From assembly GCF_040938485.1 (NCBI RefSeq), contig NW_027271753.1, positions 1,922,001-1,986,000 of the forward strand: DNA of 64,000 bases. Reading direction: 5' to 3'. The DNA is from Diadema antillarum (lineage: Eukaryota). Below, piece after piece: positions 12,504 to 25,899 of the stretch (its first letter is position 1; each line of letters begins with the position of its first letter). The notes beneath the pieces were generated by a model. The model saw only the letters and a list, made by a program, of their open reading frames with translations, did no database searches and was not told the origin of the DNA. The translations under genes and the position numbers were made by a program.

Positions 12504-13963
12504 ATATACGAATATCAAATAACTAAGAGGAGGGGGTAAGGCAGCCAAAAGGGTAATGAGTTAATTCTGTCGGATTCTACTTAACATTTATTGTTCTGTC
12601 AGTTAAACTTCTGCAAGTTGGAGATATTCATTTACAGACACTGGGAAAGTGCTATGTTATGAGCGTTTTTTCTTAATAATGACTCAGCAGAAATTCCCTA
12701 AGCGTAACGATAAAGACAACACAAGACATTCCTAGCAAGTTTGGCATACCAACGACAAGTGTCAAGGGTATTCCCTTTGTACAGAACAGAGTATCATCCT
12801 TGATATTACTCAACGCTTAACACCACACCCTCTTGGCAGTTGTTCTATGACCCCTCCCCCTTTTATAGTAGTTTCTATTCGGTAAGTCCGTGTTGTTGTT
12901 TCAGTTGTTTGACAACAAACCCGCGTGGCGGCGGTGACGTCCCACGCGAGGTCACGTGCTTTCTTCGTAACCGACTCTACCAGCTGGAGTAGGGCGGTAC
13001 CATGCTCCCCCAGCGCGAGGCACAATGTCAATTATTCAAGTGAACTATCGATTAGTTCATTGTTACTCGTTCTTATAACAATAAAGCTCGAAAGAAAAGA
13101 CTTCATTTTCGGCTTCCTTCTTCGCTGATTTCTGACTGATGAAATATTTCCCCCAGTCTCGGGCCGGAAGTTGTTCTTTTGAAATGCGGATGGTATAAAA
13201 CCACCAGTGCTTGCTGGATATTATAGTAGTTACTGAACAGTTGTTACCGCGAGAAGATCAAAACGAATTCTGTCTGTGTCGGATCCTAGACTGGAAAATT
13301 TATTTTTTCCCACATTGATCCATCCGTCCATTCCACGAAGAATAGTGAGTAAATATGATATTCTCTCACTTTCTCCCAGTAACTTGGCGCCATAATTTTT
13401 TAAAATTAAGGAAAATATTACATTGTGTTTGAGCACATTATTAGTGACAATCATTACACGTACTGTTTTATGTTCAGCGCAGTAATTAACATATCAGAAA
13501 AAAAAATATCAATGATAATTGTTTGCATTTAAAATGATCTTGAGAGTGTTTTCTACAAATTATGAATCAAAAGTTATATTTCATAAAGACTTAACCCCAT
13601 AAACAAAACAAGCTCCATATTGCTCCATATACAATATGACTGATTATATTACAATTTATGCAAATCATATTACTGTCTATTGTCCCGTCGTCTTCCGGTA
13701 AAGGCAGTTTTGTAAATAATTATCTCGATAGTGAATGTATCGGTTCTCTTCGCCATTTCTATGACAAGATATACCATTTTATGCGAAATATGGAATAAAA
13801 AATCCATTCATAACAAAACACGATAAGCGAATTAATCAAGTGTAGTAAATAAACGCCTATTACGTAGACTGTGTTGTAGAAACGAGCCATCAACAAAAGA
13901 CCGGCGAAAACGTCACGCGTTTGGATATATTGACCTTCGGTCACCATACGAAATTCCTAATTG

Positions 13964-14463
13964 TGACGTCAAACAATCGACGAGGAGCGAGATTATTGTG
14001 TTTACCCTGCGAGTTGTCCGTAGTAACATGCATATTCATGAAATTCTATCTGGAATGTTCCATTTCGAAGTAGCGACCACGGAGGTGCCTTTCGTAATAC
14101 ATAATTCAATATTGTCGCGTAATATTCATGTGGTAATGCGATTGCCTATTGGTCCATGGGTTGATTATGACGATGATGGGTACGATGTGCAGTGTGCACA
14201 GGACCAGCATACATTATCGACATCGGATATAGCGATTGCAGTCATCACTAAATCGAGCGAGTGGTCCATCGCTGCAACGCTACGCTGCAGCGCGGTGTAG
14301 TGGTTCTCCTGCCTCGATATGCAAATGCGTCACAATCTAAAAATAGCTGCCCCATCTTTTGCTCAGTGTAGTAACTGAGTGTGCGTCGCAGCGCAGGGAT
14401 GTATATAACGCGAGCTGTGTACGGAAACACCCCATAGCCATCGCTTACACTGAGGGTGACTCA
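13964..14463 (+). promoter_or_regulatory. Proximal promoter of the fos-like gene
   Basis: Full CRE TGACGTCA at 13964-13971, TATATAA at 14402-14408 (~240 nt before the ATG), AP-1 site TGACTCA at 14457-14463. Confidence 0.6.
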
Positions 14464-14640
14464 TAGACTAGTCACCAACTACGCGACTCAAAGAGAATTC
14501 CCTCTTCACTGCGAGGATTCGTCACCAAGGAAGTTGATTTTCTATATCTCATTCAATTCAGAGTTCACCTGACGCAAGAAACGAAGTATTTGCGGAGTTT
14601 GATAACGCACCCATCGAGAATTTTAAGGCCGAAATCTGTG

Positions 14641-14730
14641 ATGTACCCAACTGTGACTATGCCTGCCGAAGACGGTATTCAGGACGTACTGACAACCATG
14701 TCGTCTGGTGCTATACCAGCCACCAGTGAG
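14641..14730 (+). CDS. fos: Fos-family bZIP transcription factor, coding exon 1 (MYPTVTMPAEDGIQDVLTTMSSGAIPATSE)
   Basis: ATG at 14641, donor GAG|GTGAGT at 14731, phase 0, in frame with exon 2. Follows a TATA box. Confidence 0.75.
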
Positions 14731-16031
14731 GTGAGTCTCTTCTGTCATGCTGGTGGAAATAAAGATGGTGGCATCTTGGCCTTGGCGGGTTGAGAGGATG
14801 CGGCTCCGATGGATGTTGGGAGCATCCCCCCTTCCCACAATCCTTCGCATCTCCATCTCACGCTCTCTATCACGTGACGAGTATATTAATGTCCTGTTTC
14901 GGTCTGTTATACAAAAATAATCATAAAGATAATATATTCATTTTTGATGCGTCATCATTATTTTCATTTTGTTTGGAGGAAAACTGTTAAACGGTTTCAT
15001 GAGAACTTCAGCTAAAGGAAATTAGGGCGTCTTCCGTATCCATGTATCAGTGATGGTGTGGACTTGACTTGTCAGTGCGTCTGATGTAATGGGGTTTTTA
15101 ATAGTCTTGATACTTAATTGCTAACTTTAACCACCTGATATCATATTTTACAAATAATGTTTATGAAAACTTTGATTATCGGCAAAAGTTTCTGGAAAGA
15201 CATGTGGGTGATATGTTACACTCTGTGTGTGTATGCGAAATGAGATTAATCGTTCCTCGAGTCACGCAGCAGGTTTGTACAGCGTTATGTATTACATCTC
15301 GTGGGGGTGGTGGTGTTTACTGCATACCGCTACCCTGTATGAGACTACAGGGGAAGCTGGCATGCTCCCAGGGCCCCAGGTACACGCTGGAGTGATCCGG
15401 TCATGCTGCGGCGTAGACAGCCTTGTTGCAGAGTTGTACAACAGGTGCACGATAGACGAGCATCGGCGAGCCTTACCAGCCGCCTTTTTTTCCCCTCACA
15501 ATAGGGGCGAGGGTCGACCTTGCGACAATACCCTGTGAACCTTTATATTCGTTTCGTGCCATGCATACTAGTATTCAATCGCACAAACAACCGAGAGACC
15601 CAAAACACTATAAAGTCCTTTTTGCTCCAATAGCACAGTGCACACACACTGCGTTGATTTTTTTGTCTCTCTTTTAGTGGTGACAGCGGAGAAAAAAGCA
15701 AACACTGATTTGAATGATATAATACGCAATTCAGCAGGAAGATCGCAGGAGGAAATGGTTAACAAGTGCAGTACACTGCTTTTCAGTTTACCCGGGAATA
15801 TGTACCAGGAAATAATTATCCGTTGATAAAGTACTTTACGTAGATAATTGGGCTCCGATTATTGGGTCACAGTAATGCAGAAATAAGTTCATAACAACGT
15901 TAATGTTAGTAAACCTCATGTATTTGCATAGTTCAAAAGTATGTATATATATACACATATCACGTACAACATTATTCAAGTGGAATTTTTTGGACGCCTT
16001 GTTGTAGAGCTAGAGTTGCTGAAGGTGTGTG

Positions 16032-16033
<2 letters not shown>

Positions 16034-16069
<36 letters not shown>
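16034..16069. repeat. (TG)n microsatellite in fos intron 1
   Basis: About 18 perfect TG units. Confidence 0.95.
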
Positions 16070-16073
<4 letters not shown>

Positions 16074-17117
16074 ATTGTAAGAAGCACGTTTAACGAGCAT
16101 TTCTCATTGATTTACATTGTATATTATATTGGCAAATGTTGAGGCCAAAAACAAGAATAAAAGCTCTTTCCTTGCAAGACTTGGATCGGAAAGAATGACT
16201 AAGTGGAATAGTTGAATTCCAAAGTTTCCTTTTCTTGCCCACTGGCGTCACCCATGACAGACCCAGGGACCCGTTACTGGCACGCACTTCCTTCTCCCAT
16301 ACTCGGCTTTCCCCCATCGCGTGAAGGGGGTAACAGGGCCAGGTAGACTAGAATATTCCAGACTTATGAAGTCAGAAACTAAACAGTTTGGTCCTAAAGG
16401 AAAAAGAAGCGGAGTCGCTATTGTCACGTCATATCAAACAACCGACTTACTGGGAAAACCTTGCCCGACAGTGCGCCACCCTTGCCACGTAAGCCTTAAT
16501 TGAAGACATCCGTCAGGTGGGAGCAGGTGGCGCTATCCCATGTAGGACTGAATTTGTAGACTAACAAAAAGTATGAGTGAATAAAATCCTCTGCGCTTCA
16601 CAAATTGTCTCAGTATCTTCTGAGGTCTTCTGCGAGAGACAAGCGCTGTGGGATCACCCCCTATTTCCCTGAAACCGCTGAGGAGTTTTCCAATCCACGC
16701 TTGACTCTCCGCTGTAACTTCCATTCAAATTCTGATCCGGACGGGGTCCAGGGATATTACGGATTTATTACTTGTGGTTTAACCCCCTCTATTTTTCATC
16801 CGGTGCCGATTTTGGTTTAGGTGAGCTAAATGTATCACCGGGCTATTATGTACCCAGCGGCGAAGATCGTCAAGGTGGAAGCAGTGAGTGTTTGACAGAA
16901 ACTAGGCACGCATGCATTCCCCAAGCTCAACAAGTTGTCATTCCTGCTTTGTGAGACACAGCGATGTCTGCCAGAATTTGAAAAGAAATGACAATACGCA
17001 CACAAAATAAACTCGGAAAGTTATGCGGATGCATGACACTATAAGGGATTAACACCCTGTCCATCAGACTTTACCATATAATCATAATTTGTGTTTCCAC
17101 ATTTATTGTTTCTGCAG

Positions 17118-17477
17118 GATTATACCGCCTCAGAAGACATCATGGATATCTCCAGCTACGCACCCAGTATCAGCTCTCATGTGACGTGTATGCCAAATGC
17201 AATTCCCACTTCCGTCATCACCCCGACCACATCGTTGACGGCCGGGGCGTGGCTCGAACACCAGGGCAACATCCACGGCGGCGGCTTCATCCCACCGGCT
17301 GTTTCATCCCACAACGGCTACGCCTCGGCGGTGGTTCGATCCGTGGGAGGGGGCGCAGCGGGTCTAGGAGCGCAGCACCACCACCACCCCCATCAACGTC
17401 TACCAAGGGACCGGTCTGACATGGACCTCTACCGCATGTCTCCATCAGCACCACGCCGAAGAATAAGGGATGATGAT
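17118..17477 (+). CDS. fos: Fos-family bZIP transcription factor, coding exon 2
   Basis: Acceptor TTTCTGCAG|GAT, donor GAT|GTGAGT, 360 nt phase 0-0. Encodes TPTT and GFIPP motifs typical of invertebrate Fos/kayak N-termini, and ends PRRRIRDDD just before the basic region. Confidence 0.9.
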
Positions 17478-19442
17478 GTGAGTTTGTCCCCCTGGTTGCC
17501 CTTATCTAGTCTTTAGCCCCTATTATTTCAAACTTTTGCCATGTACGTGCATGTTGATTTTGCTCCTACACTTGATTGGGCATCTTACATCTGTTCATGG
17601 GTCTGGTCGATATATTTCGTGCACATTGAGATTCCACAGCAAAAAAGCTGGATTCTGTCCTAATGCAAGACAAAGCTATCAATGTGCAATCACATTACTT
17701 ATCGCGAAAACCACATTTCATGCCTGACGCTGCTAAGCAGCCCTCGTTGTCGCCTGGAAGCGAGAAAATTGCCCGCCCGTATTGGTTCTGCTTCACTTGT
17801 TTTATTCACTTCCATTCACCCATCAAAAAAGCCAAAGCTTTCTCGCCGTTCTGTACCCAGAAAGTCCTTGTTCCCTCGTTTTTCACAAAGATACTTTTTA
17901 TGTGATTTAGCAAATGCTGCTATTGTTACCTTGTGGGCATTTTATACCTTTTGTCTGATGGAAAACAATTTGACCTTTAGACTTTTTCCGAATGGAGATG
18001 TACATATCCATTTACCCCGAGATATAGTGTTTGTGGCCCCCAACAATAATGGAAAGCCACTAAGATGATAGCAACCCTGTATAGGCGCCGGTCTGTTTTA
18101 TTGTTCAATCTCGTTCCCAAACACGTTCGTTAAGGATCTTAAAAATGCCGCGGTAATCAACATTTCGCGTCATACCGCAAAGTGGTTGTTTGTTGTGGAG
18201 GTTAAGGTTCCGCCATGGTTTCTGAAGCCAGCCAACAATAACAGCGATGAAGTGCTTTGTAAATTTATTGAAGAGTTTATCGCCCCGTACAATGTATTGT
18301 TCGTTCTTGCTACAAAATTCAAGGACGTTTCTAGAAAAGTTTAGGCTTGTTTGCAGACGCGACGAAGTGGTTTGAGTAACGTGTTATACGGCGCGGACTT
18401 CCCCATATGTTTTCCGAATAACCGTAGATATTTTATAAGAAATTAACTCATGTTGTTGCGTGTAATCCACCAAATCAAACATGAACGCCAGGAGGATGTA
18501 GGAGATCAGTCACAGACTTTGCTCGCCATGTTAAGACATCTCTCGCTGCCATGGCCCGGGTGTCAGTGACATGATGAGTCGGTCGGAAATACGAACTTGA
18601 TACATGGAAATCTGTGTCTAAATCATATTTCCTTGCCAGAGACAGAATTCTCGCAATCAAAAAACACATAATACCTTCATAAAATCTGACGTCATATGTG
18701 ACGAATGAAGTAAGGGTTTAAAGGATCTCTCGTGAGGACAGAACTGCCTGTGCTTTCTAACGGACTGATCTGTAGGGTAGTCATGCGTATATTGTTTTTG
18801 GCACTTGCATGTAGGCCTATGTCCTCAAGAAAATGGAAAAACGAGGAAACTTCCGCCAAGAAAAGTTGCCCGAGAGAATGGTTTGAATGACTCATAGCAG
18901 CTCCTTTTTGCCAGGGCAGCGAGTAGGGGGCAGAGAAAAGGAAAAGAAAAATGGCGAGGACTTGGTCCCGTAGTTGGCGATGACTCCTCCCCTCCTGACT
19001 CCGGGGTAATTGGGCAATTCTTATGCTAACCCCACAGGTGGCCAAATCAGCGCTTTCCTGTGAGAACGCGTCATGCTCTGCTCATTCACCTTTAGCAGGT
19101 TGTACCCCGGCAGCTTCCCCGCTGATGGGATACTGGGAACGTGCTGCCCTTACGTGATTTCAAGCTTCTAAAAACAAGATTAATGTATTTTCTTGACATC
19201 GAAACTCCGTCGGAAGGAAGAGTAGTTTGTCTCTTTCAATCGTGCTTTCAGAGACCTCACGTTTGCAGCTGGCATAATTCCAGCTGCACTACACGCAAAT
19301 GATTGTGGATTTGCAGTAGATGACTGCGGTTTGGATATTTGACTTGGGTTGGATGAAGGGTCGCGCATGGGTTGGCACAGACAGAAGTTTAAAATTCCCG
19401 CAGTCCTGTCCATTCTTCCATTTCACACCACTATAACAGTAA

Positions 19443-19579
19443 TGAATGGAACCAGCAGAACCAATATGGGTGTATTCCCCGTGATTCACTTAAAACAAAA
19501 CCAACTATACCACTATTGAATGGAACCAGCAGAACCAATATGGGTGTATTCCCCGTGATTCACTTAGAACAAAACCAAC
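19443..19579. repeat. 63-bp direct duplication in fos intron 2
   Basis: TGAATGGAACCAGCAGAACCAATATGGGTGTATTCCCCGTGATTCACTTA(A/G)AACAAAACCAAC at 19443-19505 and 19517-19579, one mismatch. Confidence 0.95.
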
Positions 19580-20146
19580 ATCTATGAAGGTCCCCAGTTC
19601 GTATTCATTTACCGTATAACAAATTATTAAGGACGATTCAGAACAAGAACAAAAAGGAGCATGTTATCCCTCATTCCACTTAAAAGGCCTGCGGTTTTTG
19701 TACTTAGAAAGAAGTTCCCTTGCTCCGTGGAAACGCGGGCCATGTTTAACTTGGCCTATCGGGTTGTAACGTGTGTACTTAACAATTACTTGTGTGTACA
19801 TGAGATTACTCTGTCAATCATTAACCAAAATATGACACGACCAAAAGTCGTGTAGTTTAGACTACGTAAATGGCTCCATATCCAGTTCATACCTGAAAAA
19901 GTAGATCACGTCATATGGTCAAAGTATAACTTTATGATGACATGTATAGCCTACATTTATAAGTGCATGAGTGAAGGAAAATTTGAATGACTTCGAGCTT
20001 TACTGCACAATAAAATAATGACAGCTTCAAAATTTACACTGACACAAGACATGATAAAGTCTGTAACAAAATATTGCCTTCAAGAAACGAAGTAACTAGG
20101 CACCAAATATAATTGTCTTTGTTTGTTCTGTCTCATTTTTTAATAG

Positions 20147-20254
20147 TTGACGCCTGACGAGAGAGAAAAGAGACGGGTGAGGAGAGAGAGGAACAAACTT
20201 GCTGCCGCCAAATGCAGACAGAGGAGAGTAGACCACACCAACACTCTTATTACC
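20147..20254 (+). CDS. fos: Fos-family bZIP, exon 3 (basic region [36 protein letters not shown])
   Basis: Acceptor TTTTTTAATAG|TTG, donor ACC|GTAAGT, 108 nt phase 0-0. Classic Fos basic region. Not in the ORF track because it lacks a start codon and is short. Confidence 0.97.
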
Positions 20255-20610
20255 GTAAGTATTTTACTGTCATCAAGGAGGTGTGATACCTTCCTTTGAT
20301 CTTATACAAACTAGATAAGTACAGTCGGGAAATCATCCAGAGAAATGAACATGATCAAGGCCAAAGCGTGTATGTTATTATGTGATTTTGAGTCAAATGA
20401 CTGCAGAAAACGTTGGTATCACAATTTCCCATCTGACTTTCTTATGCTCATGATCTCAATCTCAGTCTTTAATTCAATGATAACTGTTGAAAGCAGAGTC
20501 GGCAAAAGAATCGTTAATCTCAGTGGTTTTAGTCGAAAAAAAGATGTTTGTAAAAACATTAGTGAAGGGGACTCCATTATTCACTCCAATGTTCATTGTT
20601 TATTTCACAG

Positions 20611-21000
20611 GAGACGGAAGATTGGGAGGAGAAGAACGCCACCCTGGAGCAAGAGATCACCAAGCTCCAGCAACAGAAGGAGCAGCTAGAGTTCATCCTG
20701 GAGGCCCACAAGGCCATGTGCCGCAAGAACAAGGCTAACAAGGAGACTACCACCACCGCCTCCACCACCACCTGCACCAACACCTCCACCAGCCTGGACA
20801 CGCCCACCACCGAGGTGGTGACGCCCACTCGCCTCTTCAACTTTGGCGGGCTGTCGGACGGCATGGACATCGCCCATTCGACATCGGGCTCCTCCTCGAC
20901 GTCGTGTGGCCGGGAAGCTATGTCGATTAAGACGGAGAGTAGCAGCGGCAGTGACATGTCAAGCCCCGAGACCGCTCGGCCGACTTTAATCCAGCTTTAA
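20611..21000 (+). CDS. fos: Fos-family bZIP, exon 4 (leucine zipper and C-terminus to stop); whole protein 315 aa
   Basis: Acceptor TATTTCACAG|GAG. ETEDWEEKNATLEQEITKLQQQKEQLEFILEAHKAMC matches the Fos zipper, and the C-terminal PTLIQL* resembles c-Fos PTLLAL*. Confidence 0.96.
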   Translation, partial: ETEDWEEKNATLEQEITKLQQQKEQLEFILEAHKAMCRKNKANKETTTTASTTTCTNTSTSLDTPTTEVVTPTRLFNFGGLSDGMDIAHSTSGSSSTSCGREAMSIKTESSSGSDMSSPETARPTLIQL

Positions 21001-21772
21001 TGACCCCTCTGTGAACATCTCAAAGAAGAACTCACCAATATACCAACAAATCGACGAAAATCAGCCATTGTCAACCTCTTTCATGACGGGTTAAATCCCA
21101 TCCAGTGTGTCTAAAATATTATTTCGTAACTAAACAGAATGGAATAAGTCTCTTTGGCTCTGAAATGAAAAAAAAGAAGATATTTATAGATATAGTATAT
21201 CATACATTTGAAGAGAAAGCAACATGTTTTCCACACTTAATGAGGAAATCACTGGATTCAAAACTATTTCTGAAATATAATCTCTCAACACACTGGTACC
21301 TTTCGATATTCATTGAATTTTGTGAGTACATAAGGGACAAAATAACGAAAAAAAAAATCATTGATTCTTTTAACTGCTTGTAATGGGTTTACTGACACGT
21401 TCAGACATGTACATCCACAACCATGTCACGAAATACAAACCCGCTGTTTTGATGTACAGTCTCTTAATAGTTTGGCATTATCATTACACGTTTTTTGTAA
21501 CGATATTACAAAGCAGCTAATCCGACGGAACGAGGCCTTTTTTTCTGAAAATATACTTGCTCTATAATTTCGTAACATTTTAATACAGTGACATATGAAA
21601 TCCCGCGAGTAGAATCGCTCAGAAAATGTATGTTCTTCCTTTGTTTGCTTTCTTAGAAGTTGATTCTATCTCAATTTCGAATACGCTCACAATGCTTCCA
21701 GTTGTCATTTTTGTATTTTTTCTTAAAACTTGAAAAATGAAATGTATTCATCTTCAGGCGTATTTAAAGTTG

Positions 21773-23270
21773 TTATTTATTATGAATTGTGGACGAACTT
21801 TTTGTAATCAGGGTCTTGATAGTTTATATACATGTATTCATATGATTTGGTTGCTAGAACATTGTTGAATGCGTCAAACACATCGCCGACATATTATGCA
21901 CTGTTTTGCGTTATTATACAGTGAATCACGATGTGACGTTTTTCAAGAATTTTTACATTCATGTGCAATATAGTCGTATTTTCTAAATGATTGAATCATT
22001 TTGTTGTTGTTTTTTCTTGTAAGTGATGTGATGGCAATACAAAGTTTAAAGGTTATGCATCAACAATATTCACAACAAATATGATATAGTGCGTAAGAGA
22101 TCGGAGAGAATACACTCGCCGTTATTGTGATGATTATAACATTGGGCACGTAATTTGTGGATGGCTTCACGCGAGTGTATGGGAAGGGATGTCAGAGTGT
22201 ATTTTTAGCACGAGGAGTATGAGTCAGGACTTACTCATATATTCTTCATTGTGCTCGCCTACGCAAGACAAATTTCTTCTACACCTGAACATAGCAGCCC
22301 CCTATCTCTCTGCGAGTATGTGCCTCCACTCCTATGTTTACTTCGTGCGGAAGATAACCCAACAGTTATATAAGAAAGCCATAGGTCTGGGCCCAACCTA
22401 TACGTATGACCACGCCCATCTGGTTGCTATGTATCTTAACAGAAACAAACCTGCCTGATTCCGATTCAACGGAGCGGATGAGACTAATGTATTTCTATTA
22501 TGCCTGAAGGAGATTCGAGTGAGTGCACTGGATGCATTTTTATATCGTAACCTTGTCAGTAATAAGTATAAACCGAGGGACATGTTTTAGAAAGTTGTAA
22601 TTGCAGTTGTCCAGTTCCACCTCCATCATTTTCCCTAAGAACTTGCCATCACTACAAATAATACCGATTGCCAATCTCAACTTTGATTTGACTGACATTT
22701 TAAGATATTCTTTTCATGTACAAACTGCATTGTGTAATTGATACTGTAACATTGTGTACATTTACGCGTATGGCATACATACTTCGTATTATTTATTTTC
22801 AGAGATATTTTATTTATTTATACTAGTATGAAAGGAATTTAGTACAAAGGCTGCTACAATTGTTGTACAATGTATTTCGTTTTACTCAGTATTCCAGAAC
22901 GTCACAATATGAGACATGTTATCAGCCGATGTTCTGTCTCTTCGGTTTTTTGCAATAACAGTGTACGAAAGATTTTGCTGTGTAAGTAACGCTCAATTCG
23001 TATCGGTATCAAGAGCTGTTATTTTTAATCCTCCCGGAATTAATTTGTAAGATGTCTTGACGCATAATGCTAAGCCTGTCTCGTGCTCAAAGAACAAATT
23101 TTATTCCAAACTGTGGGAGACTTTGAATCTGAACGATCTGTAGATATTCAATGATAAAATTGTCGTGATATGTATCGACTAGTTTTGAACGTGCGTGACA
23201 GATGCATTTGTCTGTGTGTGAACGAAGGAGCACTGCCAACTTTGAAAATGTTTATCGATGTCAGAATAAA
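21773..23270 (+). promoter_or_regulatory. Putative fos 3' UTR signals: AU-rich elements and poly(A) signal
   Basis: TTATTTATT nonamers at 21773-21781, 22789-22797 and 22810-22818; AATAAA at 23265-23270. Confidence 0.45.
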
Positions 23271-24718
23271 CAATGCCGTCTGATTTTTATATTAATTATG
23301 GTCTGAAAAGTCTCGTATGTATTTTGCTTGTTACTTATGCAAAAAAAAAAGGAAAGAAAAAGAATATCTCAATGAGAAAACTAGCAACATTATCTTAGGA
23401 TGTTTGCTAGAGAAGATGGAACTGAAATCGCCTTTTCGATGTTAAAAGTGATTTTTCTTAATGTGTAAATTAAGTCGGTGTTTTTCGTGGAAAGAATTCT
23501 GTAACGGTATGAGCGTTTCCTGTAGTTTGTACAGTAATGGTCAGTTGGATGTGATCGCTGTAGTCTGTGTATTGTGGTGATAGATAACATCGTTTGTAGT
23601 TCTTGCTCGACGCGGTATGCATACATAGGCCTACACTGTCGACTCATTTCTTCGCAATTTCGGGCACGTTTTCTTCCAGTTAGTGTTATTAGATCCACTC
23701 AGACTCATCGATCATGGATCAGGACATTGTTAATCTCTCATGTCTTTTTCTGTTTAAATCGTAACGAATCGTGTCTTTTGATATAATAGATAACGGATTG
23801 AAAACATTTTCAACGAATTTTCAGGACTCAACTTTATTGAAGCTGTTCTTTAAAAATATGAATGCATGTACACTTGTCATTGTTTCAGATTGTGTTGAAA
23901 CAATCTTGCAATCAAGAATAAAGTTTTGTGCATGGTACAAACAGATAAATATGTATGTGTGTTGTATTCCTTGCGTTGCCGGTGTTCAGAACAACAACAG
24001 CAACAACAACAAAGATAAAATAAATGTTCACAACTCTTGTGCGCAAGTGCAAACGAGCTGTAGTAATTTATTCTGCACTGGCGGCAATGGTTCCAAAATC
24101 CAGAAAACAAAACAAAAATCCGTTTCACTACGTTTTGGATCTAACCTCATTTACGTCTGAGTATGAGTTACCTCCCCCCCCCCCCTCCCCTCTCTCTCTT
24201 TCTCTTTGTGTATGTATCTTTATGAATTTGTTTTCGATATGTTCATGAGGGCATCACCCGCAAAACGTGTACAGATGCTAAAGTATACAGCTACTGTATC
24301 TCTTGCCGTGACTACTAACCCGCTTTTTTTCATATCATCGTCTATGAGAGGGATTATGACGCAATATTTTGTTCTGATTTCGCTCTCTGATAGTGCATAG
24401 ATGTTTACAGTCATGAAAACGTAAAGTAAATACAAGTACAATGTAATCATAAGGGAATTGAAATGGATACACGTGGACTTGAATGACTGTTGAATCTCAC
24501 ATGAACGAGGCATAATGTATAGATAAAAATTAAAACAAAATAATACAGATGAAGAGTATAAGGCCTACACCTGTAATTCACCTTGCGGCTTTTAGGCGGT
24601 GAGTCATCGCATCTCAGCGAGTGTCATGGGGGCACACCCCTGCATCGAGGCGCGCTGGAATACTCTAGCAGTACAAACAATCCCAGTGTTGTGCGGACCG
24701 GTGAGATACGAGAAGACA

Positions 24719-24749
<31 letters not shown>

Positions 24750-24768
24750 CAAAACAAACAAAAAACAA
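24719..24768. repeat. (CAAAA)n microsatellite
   Basis: Tandem CAAAA/CAAA units. Confidence 0.9.
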
Positions 24769-25899
24769 AGCTGCTATGCCTACAGATATATTATACAGCA
24801 TGTAGCGTTTATAGACTTAAATGGAATATCTATTCTGACATACAGTATTCCCTCCCTTCTTGCTAAATACTCACCTACCCGTATCTCTCAACGGTTGCTT
24901 CTATCATCTTTCCGTAATTCAACCACGTTTATATAATGCCAGTCATTATTCGTATTTGATAGGTAAATTCTTCATTTCCAGCGCTAAGTTAAAAACTGCA
25001 AACAATACAAAGACAATCGCTTGGTAATTTTCATCCCACTAGAATGTTAGAATGAATTTTATTCGGAGCAAAGCAAGTGATGTTGGAGACCACACTGCCC
25101 TAAGCAGAGCTTAGATATAGGACTCCTATATACTATGTAAAGATCATATTGATCACAAACAATGTATTGCCGCCAAATATTAAGGATGGAAAGAAAAGAT
25201 GGAATTATGGATATCATACTAGTTTGACAGATACTCATGCAAAACTGTGAAGAACAAGTTAGATTGTGCAACTGGCATTTTTGAAATTTGGCCTAATGTT
25301 CAATTTGACTCATTAAGTCAAATAGCATTGACAGTTTCATCGACACTTGATTAAAAGTAGGAAAGTTGTAGATGTTCTAAAAAAAAGAGAGAGAGAAAAA
25401 AAAATCACATTGGCCTATTTCTCCAAACGGTTATCTACATGATATATAGCAGATAATGATTCGGTAACGTTAACGTTAGCTTCCAACATATCCAAAGTAT
25501 TGGTAAATGATTGTCTGATGATATTAATCACTATTTTTAGAAGATGACATCATTGCCTCATATAACTTACATAACATTGATTAAGACTGATGTCACTTTT
25601 CCAGGAAACCTGTAAGGCATCATGAAAAAAGATAAGATTCATATTATTTCACTGTCATCGTTCTGTTGCTGTGATTCTAGTCTCCTATCAAATTCAACCT
25701 GAGCAATGTCTGAGGTCCCAATTTTTCTTTTCAATCGGTCTTTTCGCCTGATTATCATCCATGTCATAGATTTTTTTGACTACACGAGACGTTTCATCTC
25801 GGTATTGAATCGGTTTTGATTTAATTTTAACAAAATACGGGTAAATATTCAAATCGTCATCACGGTTATTAAAGTTATATCTACTCTTTTCCTCTCCCT

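Noticed and set aside
15227-15538. 103-aa ORF in fos intron 1 as an alternative first exon
   Set aside because: No Fos-like motifs and no convincing in-frame donor.
20345-20957. Overlapping and antisense ORFs over fos exon 4 (e.g. 20577-20957 minus)
   Set aside because: Shadow frames of a GC-rich coding exon.
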